Below, piece by piece: positions 52,470 to 62,808 of a stretch of 64,000 nt of DNA. The stretch is from an uncultured Bacillota bacterium (lineage in GTDB: Bacteria > Bacillota > Clostridia > Christensenellales > UBA1242). The stretch is taken from positions 37,330-101,329 of the forward strand of contig CASFPO010000045.1 of the NCBI GenBank assembly GCA_949296805.1. The letters run 5' to 3'. Numbering within the stretch: position 1 is the first letter of the stretch; each line of letters opens with the position of its first letter. A model generated the notes under the pieces. The model made no database searches. It saw nothing but the letters and a program-made list of their open reading frames with translations, and was not told the DNA's origin. The translations under genes were made by a program, and so were the position numbers.

Positions 52470-55071
52470 TGTTAGACTCCTTTACTTTTGTGGTCAAATC
52501 ACTAAGGATATCAAAAGCGTGAAGTGGTGTTACCCTATTCATATCAACATCTCGAAGCACTGCAAGGATTGACAGAGCTAGCTTATTATTTTCTTGTGCC
52601 TTTTCTTTATTTTCTTTGAATATATTTAAGTCTAGTTTTTGATTGACAAGTTCAAGATTTTTTGATATTTCCTTTGCCCTATCAATCACTTGATTTGGAA
52701 CGCCTGCAAGTTTTGCAACCTCTATACCAAAGCTTCTACTAGCACCACCTCTTACAATCTTTCTTAAAAAGATTACATCGTCATTTATTTCTTTTACTGA
52801 GATTTTGTAATTTTTTACGCCTTCAAGTACGCCTTCAAGCTCCGTTAATTCGTGATAGTGCGTAGCAAATAGCGTTTTAGCCTTAAAGTTTTTTGAAAGA
52901 TATTCTACCACCGACCACGCTATACTCAAGCCATCAAAGGTAGAGGTTCCTCTGCCTATCTCATCAAGCACTATAAGGCTTTTGTCTGTGGCGTTAGCTA
53001 AAATGTTTGCTACCTCGCTCATCTCTACCATAAACGTGCTTTGCCCAAATGCCAAGTCATCACTTGCTCCTACCCTTGTAAAAATTCGGTCAGTTATAGG
53101 AATAAAAGCCTCTTTAGCTGGAACAAAACTGCCAATATGAGCAAGAAGTGTGATAATCGCCACCTGTCTCATATAAGTGCTTTTACCTGCCATATTAGGA
53201 CCTGTGATAATCATAATTTTATTCTCTTCCTCATCAAGCAAAGTGTCATTTACTACAAATTGACCTCTTTCCATAAACTGTTCAACAACAGGATGCCTTC
53301 CGTCAATAATCTTTAAGGTTTTTACGCTTGAATTTATGGTTGGTTTTGTAAAATTATTTTTAACTGCAACTTCTGCCAAAGACAGAATTGCATCTATTTT
53401 TGCAATCGATTGTGCTATGTGCTGGAAAGTTTGAATATATCTTGCTAAAATATTTTTTATCTCCGCATAGATTTCATTTTCAAGTTGGATGGCTTTTTCT
53501 TCAGAGCCCAATATCTTATCTTCAATAACTTTTAAATCTTCTGTGATATATCTTTCGTTATTAGCTATAGTTTGTTTTCTGATATACCTAATTGGCACTT
53601 TATCTATCTGGCTTCTATTTACCTCAATAAAATAGCCAAAAACTTTGTTTCTTGTAATCTTTAAGTTTTTTATGCCAGTTTCAGCAATCTCTTTCTTTTG
53701 CAAGTCCTCAATCCAAATTTTACCCAAAGTTTTAGCGTCACGATATTCATCAAGCTCTTTGTTAAACCCTTTTTTGATAAAATCACTTTTAGCATTAAGC
53801 ATATTTTGGTCTTCCCGTAGTGAATTTTCAAGAAGTTCAACTATATTATTAACATCCACTATATTTTGATTGCACTCATTTAAAAGTGGATCATCTATCG
53901 CCTTTAAGCAATCTTTAATATCTGGAAGTTCTTTTAAAGAATTTTTTAAAGACAAAAGTTCACTAGGATAAACATTACCATATGCTATTTTCCCAGAAAT
54001 TCGCTCAATATCCTTGATATTTGATAGACTTTGAGACAATCTATCTCTTACTATCAATTTTTTAACCAGTTTCTCAATAGCATTTAATCTGTTGTTGATT
54101 TCTTTTGAATCTTGCAAAGGTTCATCAAGCATTTTTCTTATATATCTTGCCCCCATTGCAGTTTTAGATTTATCTAAAACCCAAAGAATAGTTCCATATT
54201 TTTTTCTATCTCGATTATTTTCTGTAATTTCAAGATTTCGCCTTGTATTCATATCAAGCGTCATAAAATTATTATTTTTTACTACATTTATCTTATTGAT
54301 ATTTGTAAGGCTACGCTTTTGAGTTTCGTGCAGGTACTCAAACAATGCACCAGCACTACAAATTATGCTATCTTTTCCCTTTAACTCGAACACTGCTTGA
54401 TAATTTTCTCCAAATTGTTTTGCTAAATTATCATTTGCCCTCGATTTAGAAAAAGCCCATTCATAGTAAGGCGACAGCTTGCTAGCATTACCTAATTTAA
54501 CTACACTTAAATTGTTATAAAACTCCCTTGCCTCTTCGTTACCAATAACTTCTGAAGGATTAATTCTTGAAAGAAGGTCACAAACTTTGCCTGTAAGATT
54601 TTCTTTTATCTCTAAAACCTCAAAAATTCCAGTGGAGATATCCACATAGCTTACCCCAAGCCTTTCGCCATTTTTAAATATTGACATAAGATAATTGTTC
54701 TTCTGTCCCTCAAGTAAGTCTTCTTCAACGATTGTGCCTGGAGTAACTACTCGAACAACATCACGCTCTAGCATCTTTACACCCTTTTTAGGTTGAGTTA
54801 GCTGTTCGCATATTGCCACTTTATGCCCATTTGCTACCAACTTGCCTATATAAGTTTGTGCCGAATGATAAGGCACTCCACACATAGGAGCTTTTTCAAC
54901 TCTTCCACACGCTTTGCCTGTAAGAATCAAATCAAGTTCTTTTGAAGCAAGGATAGCGTCATCAAAGAACATTTCGTAAAAGTCGCCCATTCTATAGAAG
55001 AGAATACAGTCGTTATATTTTTCTTTTATCTGAAGATATTGCTCCATTGCTGGAGACATTTTTTCTATCAT
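52462..55071 (-). CDS. mutS: DNA mismatch repair protein MutS
   Basis: SPAMEQYLQIKEKYNDCILFYRMGDFYEMFFDDA N-terminus, Walker A (GPNMAGKST), DEIGRGTSTFDG and ATHYHEL. Confidence 0.97.
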   Translation of the reverse strand: MIEKMSPAMEQYLQIKEKYNDCILFYRMGDFYEMFFDDAILASKELDLILTGKACGRVEKAPMCGVPYHSAQTYIGKLVANGHKVAICEQLTQPKKGVKMLERDVVRVVTPGTIVEEDLLEGQKNNYLMSIFKNGERLGVSYVDISTGIFEVLEIKENLTGKVCDLLSRINPSEVIGNEEAREFYNNLSVVKLGNASKLSPYYEWAFSKSRANDNLAKQFGENYQAVFELKGKDSIICSAGALFEYLHETQKRSLTNINKINVVKNNNFMTLDMNTRRNLEITENNRDRKKYGTILWVLDKSKTAMGARYIRKMLDEPLQDSKEINNRLNAIEKLVKKLIVRDRLSQSLSNIKDIERISGKIAYGNVYPSELLSLKNSLKELPDIKDCLKAIDDPLLNECNQNIVDVNNIVELLENSLREDQNMLNAKSDFIKKGFNKELDEYRDAKTLGKIWIEDLQKKEIAETGIKNLKITRNKVFGYFIEVNRSQIDKVPIRYIRKQTIANNERYITEDLKVIEDKILGSEEKAIQLENEIYAEIKNILARYIQTFQHIAQSIAKIDAILSLAEVAVKNNFTKPTINSSVKTLKIIDGRHPVVEQFMERGQFVVNDTLLDEEENKIMIITGPNMAGKSTYMRQVAIITLLAHIGSFVPAKEAFIPITDRIFTRVGASDDLAFGQSTFMVEMSEVANILANATDKSLIVLDEIGRGTSTFDGLSIAWSVVEYLSKNFKAKTLFATHYHELTELEGVLEGVKNYKISVKEINDDVIFLRKIVRGGASRSFGIEVAKLAGVPNQVIDRAKEISKNLELVNQKLDLNIFKENKEKAQENNKLALSILAVLRDVDMNRVTPLHAFDILSDLTTKVKESNND

Positions 55072-56189
55072 TTTTTGTTCTCCTTTTGCAATTTTTTCTC
55101 AAGTGCTAAAAGTTTGTTGACCCTTTCGCCTTTTACCTCTTCTGGTATTTGATCTTCCATCTTGCTTGCAACAGTGCCCTCTCTTGGCGAATATTTAAAA
55201 GCAAATATGCTATCATATCCCACTTGTTTTACAAGGTCGCAGGTATCATTAAATTCTTCCTCAGTTTCGGTAGGAAAACCTACTATAAAGTCAGAGGTAA
55301 TTCTGCAGTTAGGCATTTTTTCTCTTATCTTTTTAATAATATCTAAATACTTCTCTCTAGTGTAACTTCTGTTCATCAGCTTTAATATTCTGTTGTTTCC
55401 ACTTTGTGCTGGAAGATGAATAAATTTTTCTATCTTGTCTTCCTCAGCAATCGTCTGTATGACGTCATCTGTTAAATCTTTAGGATGTGACGTCATAAAT
55501 GAAAGTGTGAAATTCCCCTCAATTAAACAAATATCTCGCAGGAGTTTTGCAAATGTTATCTGCGGATTCAAATCTTTTCCATAGGAGTTTACATTCTGAC
55601 CTAATAAAGTGATTTTTTTGTATTTGCCTTCCGCAACGATTTCTTTAATTTCCTTTAAGATATTTTCTTCTTTTCTAGATTTTTCTCTTCCTCGAACATA
55701 GGGAACTATACAATAGGTACAAAAATTATTACAACCTTGCATAATATTTACCCACGCATTATCTCCGCTAGTGCGTTTATATGGCAAGGTTTCATCTATT
55801 TCTCCCTCGTCAAAAAGCTCAAGTTGTCTGCCTTTTTTGACGGCTTCAATATAATAGCCAAGTTTAGGTAGATTAAAGGTGCCAATCACTATATCAATAA
55901 ATGGAAAGGTGTTCATCAGCTTTTGTGCGGTCTGTTCTTTTTGAGTCATACACCCACAAACAGCAATAATCAAATCTTTATTATTTTTCTTAAGTTTTTT
56001 CAGATTGCCCACATTTCCAAAAACTCTATCTTCAGCCCCTTCTCGTATTGCACAGGTATTAAACACTATTATATCGGCGGTTTCTCTTGTGTCAGCTTGA
56101 GTATAGCCTAATTTTTCTAATATTCCCGCAATCTTTTCCGATTCGTGTACATTCATTTGACAGCCATAAGTTACAATAAAATATTTCAT
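55068..56189 (-). CDS. miaB: MiaB-type methylthiotransferase lacking the C-terminal TRAM domain
   Basis: MTTase N-domain (YGCQMN, FNTCAIRE, CGC) and radical-SAM CNNFCTYC. The ORF ends at 373 aa, where the TRAM domain normally starts, and its stop overlaps the mutS ATG (ATGA). Confidence 0.85.
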   Translation of the reverse strand: MKYFIVTYGCQMNVHESEKIAGILEKLGYTQADTRETADIIVFNTCAIREGAEDRVFGNVGNLKKLKKNNKDLIIAVCGCMTQKEQTAQKLMNTFPFIDIVIGTFNLPKLGYYIEAVKKGRQLELFDEGEIDETLPYKRTSGDNAWVNIMQGCNNFCTYCIVPYVRGREKSRKEENILKEIKEIVAEGKYKKITLLGQNVNSYGKDLNPQITFAKLLRDICLIEGNFTLSFMTSHPKDLTDDVIQTIAEEDKIEKFIHLPAQSGNNRILKLMNRSYTREKYLDIIKKIREKMPNCRITSDFIVGFPTETEEEFNDTCDLVKQVGYDSIFAFKYSPREGTVASKMEDQIPEEVKGERVNKLLALEKKLQKENKK

Positions 56190-56304
56190 AAGTTCTCCAT
56201 TAAAATCAATTTGTAATTAAATTATACTATAAATCTTTCAAATTTTCAAATAAAAATTATTTAATACACAAATATTTTTTATTAACTGTTACATAATAAT
56301 TCAA

Positions 56305-58533
56305 ATGAAAAAATTTGTAAAGGTTGTATTCATCATTTTGTTTGTTTTGATTTTGTCGGCAATAATTGGCGTTGCTTTTTATGTATCGGCAAACTACATT
56401 AAGGCTAGAGCGTTAAGTCTAGACACCGAGGCACTAAGCTCGCCATATACCGCTATTCAAGTTTTTGATAGCGAAAATAAACCTATTAAAGAAGATAATG
56501 AAGTTAACAAAGCTTTTGCAAAATTATCCTCCCTTTCAGAAAACACCAAAAATGCTTTTATCTCCATAGAGGATAAAGAGTTTTACAAGCACAAGGGAGT
56601 AAATTACAAAAGAATAGCCAAGGCGATTTTAAATAATATAAAGGCAAGAGGGTTAAAAGAAGGTGCATCGACTATCACTCAGCAACTTATCAAAAACACA
56701 CAGCTCTCTAGCGAAAAAACTTTTGCTAGAAAGATAAAAGAGATTGCCCTGGCTCAAAAACTTGAGGCAAATTTTAATAAAGACCAAATCCTAGAACTTT
56801 ATCTAAACGCCATATATTTTGGCAATAATTGTTATGGTATTGAAAGTGCCTCAAACTATTACTTTTCTAAAGAAGCCAAAGCCTTAACAGTTGAAGAGGC
56901 CTCACTTCTTGCCGGGTTAATCAAATCTCCTGCCAAGTACTCTCCTATAAAAAATTATGATAATGCCCTAAAGCGACGCAACCTAGTTTTAAGTGAAATG
57001 TATAGCGATGGAAAGCTTGCAACCGATGAGTATAACAAGGCTATGCAAAGTAAAATTCAACTAAATATCAATACTCAAAAAAAGAACAAATTAAATTCAT
57101 ATTGTCAAGCCTCTATTGATGAGGCTGAGAGTATTTTAGGCTTGCCAGCAAAACAGATTGCCCTTAAAGGTTACAAAATTTACACCTATCAAAATCAACA
57201 AAAACAAGAGGCGCTCGATAGTGCCCTAACCGCCAAAGAGCTTGACTGTGACTATGGCGGAATTGTTATAAACAATCAAAAACATTGTGTCGAGGCATAC
57301 AGCGGAAAAAGTAACTATAAAATTTTAGAGGCAAAACGCCAGCCTGGTTCGTGCATTAAACCTATTTTGGTCTATGCTCCAGCGTTAAATGAGGATATTA
57401 TCTATCCTTGTTCTCAACTGCTTGATGAAAAAACGACAATTTCTGACTATTCTCCTAAAAATGTTGGCAATGTGTATCACGGTTACGTATCTGCAAGAGA
57501 AGCTTTGTCAAAATCGATGAATATTCCAGCTGTCAAAGTTCTTTCCTACCTTGGCATCGACAAAGGCAAGGCTTATGCCGAGCAGATGGGTATAGAATTT
57601 GACCAACAGGACAACAGCTATACCTTGGCTCTTGGCGGAATGACTTATGGAGTAAATATCCTAAAGCTTGCGGGAGCCTACTCCACCCTTGCAAATGGAG
57701 GGAAATTTGCCTCCCCCCGCTTTGTAGCCTTTATTACCGACAAAAACGGTAAACTTGTTTATGTAAATAAGCCAGCAGAAAAACAAGTTTTGCGACAGGA
57801 TAGCAGTTATTTGGTAACTGATATGTTAAGAACGTGTGCAAAAAGTGGTACAGCTAAAAAATTAAACTCACTGGAGATGGATATCGCCTCTAAAACTGGT
57901 ACTGTAGGAAAAAGTAACTCGAAGCTAAACTTAGATGCGTGGAATGTATCTTACACCAAAGACCAAACTTGCGGTGTTTGGCTTGGCAATCTTGACAACA
58001 CGCCAATCAGTTATGCTGGAGGCAATCAACCTACCGAGATAGTAAAGCAATATTTTACTGCCATTAAAGACACTTCAGTTTTTCAAGTGCCAAGCACAAT
58101 TGTCGAGCGAGATATAGACCAAACTGAACTTAATGAAAATCACAGAGTTGTGCTTGCCAACATCTATATGCCTGAGCGTTATAAACATAAAGAGCTATTC
58201 TCTACCCTCAACCTACCAAACGACATTTCAGATAAATTTACCACGCTTGAAAAACTAAACCTTACAAGTGTTGTAGAGGATAACAATGCAATCATTACAT
58301 TAAATTCCAAAAGTTACATTACCTATGACTTTATTATAGATGGAAAAATTATAAAGCAAATTTCTGGAAAAGAGGGCGAGCAGATAATAACCCTGCCTTT
58401 AAACAAACACAAACAAACCGTAGAAATAGCTTACTACTACACTTTAGACCCTACTATAAGCTCTAGCGAAAGTATAACACTAATCAAATCCAAGACCACA
58501 CAAAAAGCTTATAGTGATAAGTGGTTTATATAA
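56305..58533 (+). CDS. class A penicillin-binding protein (PBP1A family; glycosyltransferase plus transpeptidase)
   Basis: GT51 motifs (ISIEDKEFYKHKG, GASTITQQL, RKIKE). Transpeptidase SxxK (GSCIKP), SxN (SKSMN) and KTG (SKTGT). Confidence 0.9.
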   Translation: MKKFVKVVFIILFVLILSAIIGVAFYVSANYIKARALSLDTEALSSPYTAIQVFDSENKPIKEDNEVNKAFAKLSSLSENTKNAFISIEDKEFYKHKGVNYKRIAKAILNNIKARGLKEGASTITQQLIKNTQLSSEKTFARKIKEIALAQKLEANFNKDQILELYLNAIYFGNNCYGIESASNYYFSKEAKALTVEEASLLAGLIKSPAKYSPIKNYDNALKRRNLVLSEMYSDGKLATDEYNKAMQSKIQLNINTQKKNKLNSYCQASIDEAESILGLPAKQIALKGYKIYTYQNQQKQEALDSALTAKELDCDYGGIVINNQKHCVEAYSGKSNYKILEAKRQPGSCIKPILVYAPALNEDIIYPCSQLLDEKTTISDYSPKNVGNVYHGYVSAREALSKSMNIPAVKVLSYLGIDKGKAYAEQMGIEFDQQDNSYTLALGGMTYGVNILKLAGAYSTLANGGKFASPRFVAFITDKNGKLVYVNKPAEKQVLRQDSSYLVTDMLRTCAKSGTAKKLNSLEMDIASKTGTVGKSNSKLNLDAWNVSYTKDQTCGVWLGNLDNTPISYAGGNQPTEIVKQYFTAIKDTSVFQVPSTIVERDIDQTELNENHRVVLANIYMPERYKHKELFSTLNLPNDISDKFTTLEKLNLTSVVEDNNAIITLNSKSYITYDFIIDGKIIKQISGKEGEQIITLPLNKHKQTVEIAYYYTLDPTISSSESITLIKSKTTQKAYSDKWFI

Positions 58534-58537
58534 AAAT

Positions 58538-58575
58538 ACTATTATGCAATAGTTATAAATCTATTACATAATAGT
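58538..58575. repeat. copy B of the CTATTATG..CATAATAG hairpin element
   Basis: actattatgcaatag (58538-58552) pairs with ctattacataatagt (58561-58575), giving 15 bp with one C/A mismatch. About 85% identical to copy A over about 42 nt, including the loop core GTTATAAA. Confidence 0.65.
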
Positions 58576-58593
58576 CCTTAAAAAGCACTAATC

Positions 58594-58623
58594 AACAAAA
58601 AAACAGAGGATTACTCCTCTGTT
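58594..58623 (-). terminator. intrinsic terminator of recA
   Basis: Stem acagagga/tcctctgt overlaps the recA stop codon and is followed by a 7-nt U-run on the minus strand. Confidence 0.75.
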
Positions 58624-59672
58624 TTTGTACCTTCAGTTTTTTGGGTAGAATCTGCTTGATTATTATTGCCTATATTATAAGCATCTTTAACTTTTGCAAA
58701 GATTTCGTTATAAATATCTTTATTTTGTTCAAGATAGGTTTTAACATTTTCTTTACCCTGTCCTATCTTTTCATCGTTATATGAAAACCACGAGCCTGAT
58801 TTTTTGATTATGTCTTTGTCAAGAGCAAGGTCAATTACACAACCGATTTGGCTAATCCCCTCTCCGTAGACTATATCAAACTCAGCCGTTCTAAAAGGTG
58901 GAGCAAGCTTGTTTTTAACTACTTTAACAACTGTTCTGTTGCCTATAAAGTTTGTGCCATCTTTTATAGCATCCTTTTTTCTAACATCAAGTCTGATACT
59001 TGAGTAAAATTTAAGGGCTTTACCACCTGTTGTTGTTTCTGGCGAGCCAAACAATACACCCACCTTTTCTCTTAACTGATTGATAAAGATAACGGTTGTA
59101 TTGCTTTTATTTATTATACCTGTCAATTTACGAAGGGCTTGGCTCATCATTCGAGCTTGCAGTCCTACGTGATTTTCGCCCATTTCGCCATCTATCTCGG
59201 CTTTTGGAGTGAGTGCTGCAACAGAGTCAACTACTATAATATCTACCGAGCCTGACTTAACCAAAGTTTCACAAATATTAAGTGCTTGTTCTCCGTTATC
59301 TGGTTGAGAAATCAACAAATCATTAAGCTGTACGCCTAGCTTTTCGGCGTATGCAGGATCTAGAGCATGCTCTGCATCTATAAACGCAGCAGTTCCACCT
59401 GCATTTTGTGCCTCTGCTATTATATGCAATGAAACAGTTGTTTTACCTGAAGATTCTGGACCATAGATTTCGATTATTCTTCCCTTTGGAATGCCACCTA
59501 TACCCAGTGCTATATCAAGCGTTAAACACCCTGTTGAAATAACATCAATAGGAGCATTTACCTTTTCCCCAAGTTTCATTATAGCACCTTTGCCATATTG
59601 TTTTTCAATTTGCAAAAGTGCTTGTGAAAGTGCTTCTTCTCTACTATCTTTCTTAACATCTTTCTTTTCCAT
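58611..59672 (-). CDS. recA: recombinase RecA
   Basis: [22 protein letters not shown], Walker A (GPESSGKTT), [10 protein letters not shown] and [10 protein letters not shown]. Confidence 0.98.
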   Translation of the reverse strand: MEKKDVKKDSREEALSQALLQIEKQYGKGAIMKLGEKVNAPIDVISTGCLTLDIALGIGGIPKGRIIEIYGPESSGKTTVSLHIIAEAQNAGGTAAFIDAEHALDPAYAEKLGVQLNDLLISQPDNGEQALNICETLVKSGSVDIIVVDSVAALTPKAEIDGEMGENHVGLQARMMSQALRKLTGIINKSNTTVIFINQLREKVGVLFGSPETTTGGKALKFYSSIRLDVRKKDAIKDGTNFIGNRTVVKVVKNKLAPPFRTAEFDIVYGEGISQIGCVIDLALDKDIIKKSGSWFSYNDEKIGQGKENVKTYLEQNKDIYNEIFAKVKDAYNIGNNNQADSTQKTEGTKTEE

Positions 59673-59729
59673 AATTACCTCTTAATACCTATATATTTTA
59701 ACAAATTTTTCCAAAATAACAAAACAATA

Positions 59730-60716
59730 TTAATATGTAATTTCATTTTGTCTAAGTTTTTTAGTCAAATGAAACAAAAGTGCATTTTTTGCCATCTGTT
59801 TGCTAGCCTCTTTACTTGCCTTAAAGAGATTTTTGTAAATATGCACTTCATTTTTGTCGGCTATAGCAAAAGTAAATTCTAAAGTGTTATCCACAAATCT
59901 TCCGTTTGTCACTACAGCCAAATCACTTTGCGATTCTTTTAAATAGTTTAAAGTTTTATCATAGAGTGCATCATTATTGTTAAAGTCAAATTTTTCAAAA
60001 CTAGCTCTTTTGATTACTGATAGGTCGTCATCATAATTAAGCAAACTGCTTGTGATTAAGCCTTGTGTAATATTTTCACATATAGCAAGCTTTTGTTCTT
60101 TTAATTTTAACATCTTGATAACAATTTCTGGCAAGCTCATTTTGTTTTCACTATAAATATTCTGTTTAAATTCTGAGACAATTTTTGCCATATTATCATC
60201 TAGCAAGCTCTCTTGCCAATCGTATGAAACAACTATGTCGCATAAAAGATTGTCATAACTTATTTTATAGCTAAAATTTTCTATCTGAGTTTTTAAGGTT
60301 TCTAGCCGAGAAAGTACCTGCTCTTGCGACAGACCAAAGATATGAAATTCACAAATTTTTCTATTTTCATTGTTTGTTAAAGCTTTATTAAGCAAGTTAT
60401 AATCTACTTCTAGTGGCACAAAGATAACCTTTCGCCCTGCTCTATCAAAAACCACCAGTTGCTCATCTATAAAGATTTTTTTGCTACCAAGTTTTTGAAT
60501 ATGCTCTATGATAAGATTGTCAAGGTTTTGATTTTCACAAAAAATAATAAGGTTTTCCTCTCCTAAGATAAAGTCACGTTTTAAGTCAAAGTTTTCTACA
60601 TAGATTGCCTTTACATCAATCAGATTATATAAACATATATGATTAAATAAGTCATAATTGAATTTTATTTGACCATTTAGCACTTTATCAGAAAAAACAA
60701 AAACCTTATATTCCAT
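59730..60716 (-). CDS. highly divergent CinA-like protein (tentative)
   Basis: Occupies the conserved pgsA-cinA-recA slot. The C-terminal LAICENITQGLITSSLLN....DLAVVTNG weakly parallels CinA/PncC (AESCTGGLlaa.lt...ia.tGiAGP). N-terminal MoCF-domain motifs are not recognisable. Confidence 0.4.
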   Translation of the reverse strand: MEYKVFVFSDKVLNGQIKFNYDLFNHICLYNLIDVKAIYVENFDLKRDFILGEENLIIFCENQNLDNLIIEHIQKLGSKKIFIDEQLVVFDRAGRKVIFVPLEVDYNLLNKALTNNENRKICEFHIFGLSQEQVLSRLETLKTQIENFSYKISYDNLLCDIVVSYDWQESLLDDNMAKIVSEFKQNIYSENKMSLPEIVIKMLKLKEQKLAICENITQGLITSSLLNYDDDLSVIKRASFEKFDFNNNDALYDKTLNYLKESQSDLAVVTNGRFVDNTLEFTFAIADKNEVHIYKNLFKASKEASKQMAKNALLFHLTKKLRQNEITY

Positions 60717-60724
60717 TTATCCCT

Positions 60725-61489
60725 CTATTCTTTTTTAGTCTTTTTGTGCTTTAATTTTTCTTCCTTTATTTTGCTTGTTTGCAACTCTTCTTGAGAGTTA
60801 ATTTCGTTTTCTTGAGAGCTAATTTCTTCTTTTTGAGAGCTTATTTCATCTTTTTGAGAAACTTGCTCGTTTGCCTTATCTTTTGTTAAGAAAACCTTTT
60901 TATTCCTTATTAAGTAGCTTATGCCTGTGTACAAGGTTACCAAAGTTGTGATAATTAAAAGAAGCATCATAATATAGTTAATTATTCCAATTACTACGTT
61001 GCCCTCTTCAAAAGAGACAATATCAGTCAAAACAAAGGCATATATCATATAGATACTTAAAACTACAAACTGCAAAGTTGCTTTAATTTTTCCGCCCTTA
61101 TCGGCAGCAAGCACTATACCTTTTGAAGCAGAAATTTGCCTTAACGCACTAATTATAAATTCCCTTGCAAGCATTATTACCACGCAAGTCACACCAAGCC
61201 ACGATGGAAAAACTATGGCTGGCATAATTTTTACAGGCACTGCAATAATTAAAATCATAGCAGTCATAACTAGCACCTTATCAGCTATTGAATCAAGAAA
61301 AACGCCAAGGTTAGTTACTTGATTATTTTTGCGTGCAAGGTAACCATCGACAAAATCAGTAAGGCATGCTACAATAAAGAGCAGTGCCGAAACTAGTCTT
61401 CCATAAGGAATAAATGTTGCTAAGTAAAAAAATACAATAAGTGGAATAAGGCACAGCCTTAATAATGAAATTTTATTTGGTGTATTCAT
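60725..61489 (-). CDS. pgsA: CDP-diacylglycerol--glycerol-3-phosphate 3-phosphatidyltransferase with a repeat-containing C-terminal tail
   Basis: PNKISLLRL, the CDP-alcohol motif DFVDGYLAR....T..G.FLDSIADK, and about 4 further TM helices. Confidence 0.92.
   Translation of the reverse strand: MNTPNKISLLRLCLIPLIVFFYLATFIPYGRLVSALLFIVACLTDFVDGYLARKNNQVTNLGVFLDSIADKVLVMTAMILIIAVPVKIMPAIVFPSWLGVTCVVIMLAREFIISALRQISASKGIVLAADKGGKIKATLQFVVLSIYMIYAFVLTDIVSFEEGNVVIGIINYIMMLLLIITTLVTLYTGISYLIRNKKVFLTKDKANEQVSQKDEISSQKEEISSQENEINSQEELQTSKIKEEKLKHKKTKKE
60791..60874 (-). repeat. 4 x 21-nt in-frame tandem repeat in the pgsA tail
   Basis: ttgagag(c/t)taatttc... units start at 60791, 60812, 60833 and 60854 and encode SQK(D/E)EIS heptads. 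Confidence 0.8.
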
Positions 61490-62808
61490 ACAACCTCCCC
61501 TATATAATCACTACCATTAAAATCTTTTATCTTTACTGAAACGTATGTAAAACACTTTATATTACCATTATCTACAAAACGGACATTAAAGTCAACTAAA
61601 GGAGACATTTTTTGACTATGAGCCAAAAATTCTCCTGTTTGGCTATCATAAAAATCTACCAAAACTTCTATTGTTTTTCCTATAAGGTTTAAAGCTTTTT
61701 CACTTGCTATTTGATTTTGCAATTTAGTTATCTTACGATATCTAAGTTTTTTAATAAAGTTAGGCACTTGTTTTTTCATAAAGTAACTTGCAGTGTTAGG
61801 CTCTCTTGAATAAGGAAAGAAGCCTGCATAATCAAACTTAGTCTCTTTAATAAACTCATAAAGTTTATTAAATTGTTTTCTACTCTCGCCAGGATAACCG
61901 ACAATAAAGGTAGAGCGAAGAGCAATCTCTGGATAGTAGTTTTTAATTTTGTCTATTAATGCTCGTGTAGACTTTTCGTCAAGTTTTCTTCTCATACTTT
62001 GCAAGATGGTATTATCAATATGTTGAAGTGGCAAATCTAAGTACTTGCACATCTTATCGTTTTTTATGATATAATCAAGGAGATTATCGCTAACTTTTTC
62101 TGGATAGGCATAATGAAGTCTAATTGAATGCAAATCTTTAATCTTAGATAGTTTATCGCATAATTTTATTAAGGAGTTTTCGCCATACAAATCCTCGCCA
62201 TATCTTGTTGGGTCTTGAGCAACTAGAATAAGCTCTTTTACCCCTCTTCCGACAAGGTTTTTTGCCTCAGCAACAAGTTCATCTATTGGATAGCTCTTAT
62301 ACCTTCCCCTTATTCTTGGTATTGTACAATAAGAGCAAACATTGTCACAGCCATCAGCTATCTTTAAATAGGCATATGACGGGCTATTTGTCAAAACTCT
62401 TTCATAGTCTTTGATAGGCTTAGATGGTTCTAAACCATAGAGTTTTTCAATAACTTGACAAATTGTATTATTTTCACTAAGTTTTAAAAAGGCATCAATC
62501 TTAGGAAAATTTTCTTTAAAGGAATTATAATTTCTCTCTGGAAAGCACCCAGTAACTATAATCTTTTCTATCCTTCCACTATCCTTTAGTCTTTCCATAG
62601 CAAGAATATTCATAATAGCCTCTTCTTGAGCGGGCTGAATAAAAGCACAGGTATTTACAATTACAATGTCAGCACTTTCTACCTCTTCTGTAATTGTAAA
62701 GCCATATTCTTTTATCTGTCCTAGCATCTTTTCAAGGTCAACCTTATTTTTATCACACCCTAAACTTATTGCAGAGACAAGCTTGTTCTTTAACTCCTCT
62801 TTAGTCAT
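61486..62808 (-). CDS. rimO: ribosomal protein S12 methylthiotransferase RimO
   Basis: Start trimmed to MTKEELKNK (ATG 62806-62808, GGAG SD). LGCDKN, NTCAF and radical-SAM CDNVCSYC motifs. The C-terminal TRAM-like GKTIEVLVD is present. Confidence 0.88.
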   Translation of the reverse strand: MTKEELKNKLVSAISLGCDKNKVDLEKMLGQIKEYGFTITEEVESADIVIVNTCAFIQPAQEEAIMNILAMERLKDSGRIEKIIVTGCFPERNYNSFKENFPKIDAFLKLSENNTICQVIEKLYGLEPSKPIKDYERVLTNSPSYAYLKIADGCDNVCSYCTIPRIRGRYKSYPIDELVAEAKNLVGRGVKELILVAQDPTRYGEDLYGENSLIKLCDKLSKIKDLHSIRLHYAYPEKVSDNLLDYIIKNDKMCKYLDLPLQHIDNTILQSMRRKLDEKSTRALIDKIKNYYPEIALRSTFIVGYPGESRKQFNKLYEFIKETKFDYAGFFPYSREPNTASYFMKKQVPNFIKKLRYRKITKLQNQIASEKALNLIGKTIEVLVDFYDSQTGEFLAHSQKMSPLVDFNVRFVDNGNIKCFTYVSVKIKDFNGSDYIGEVV

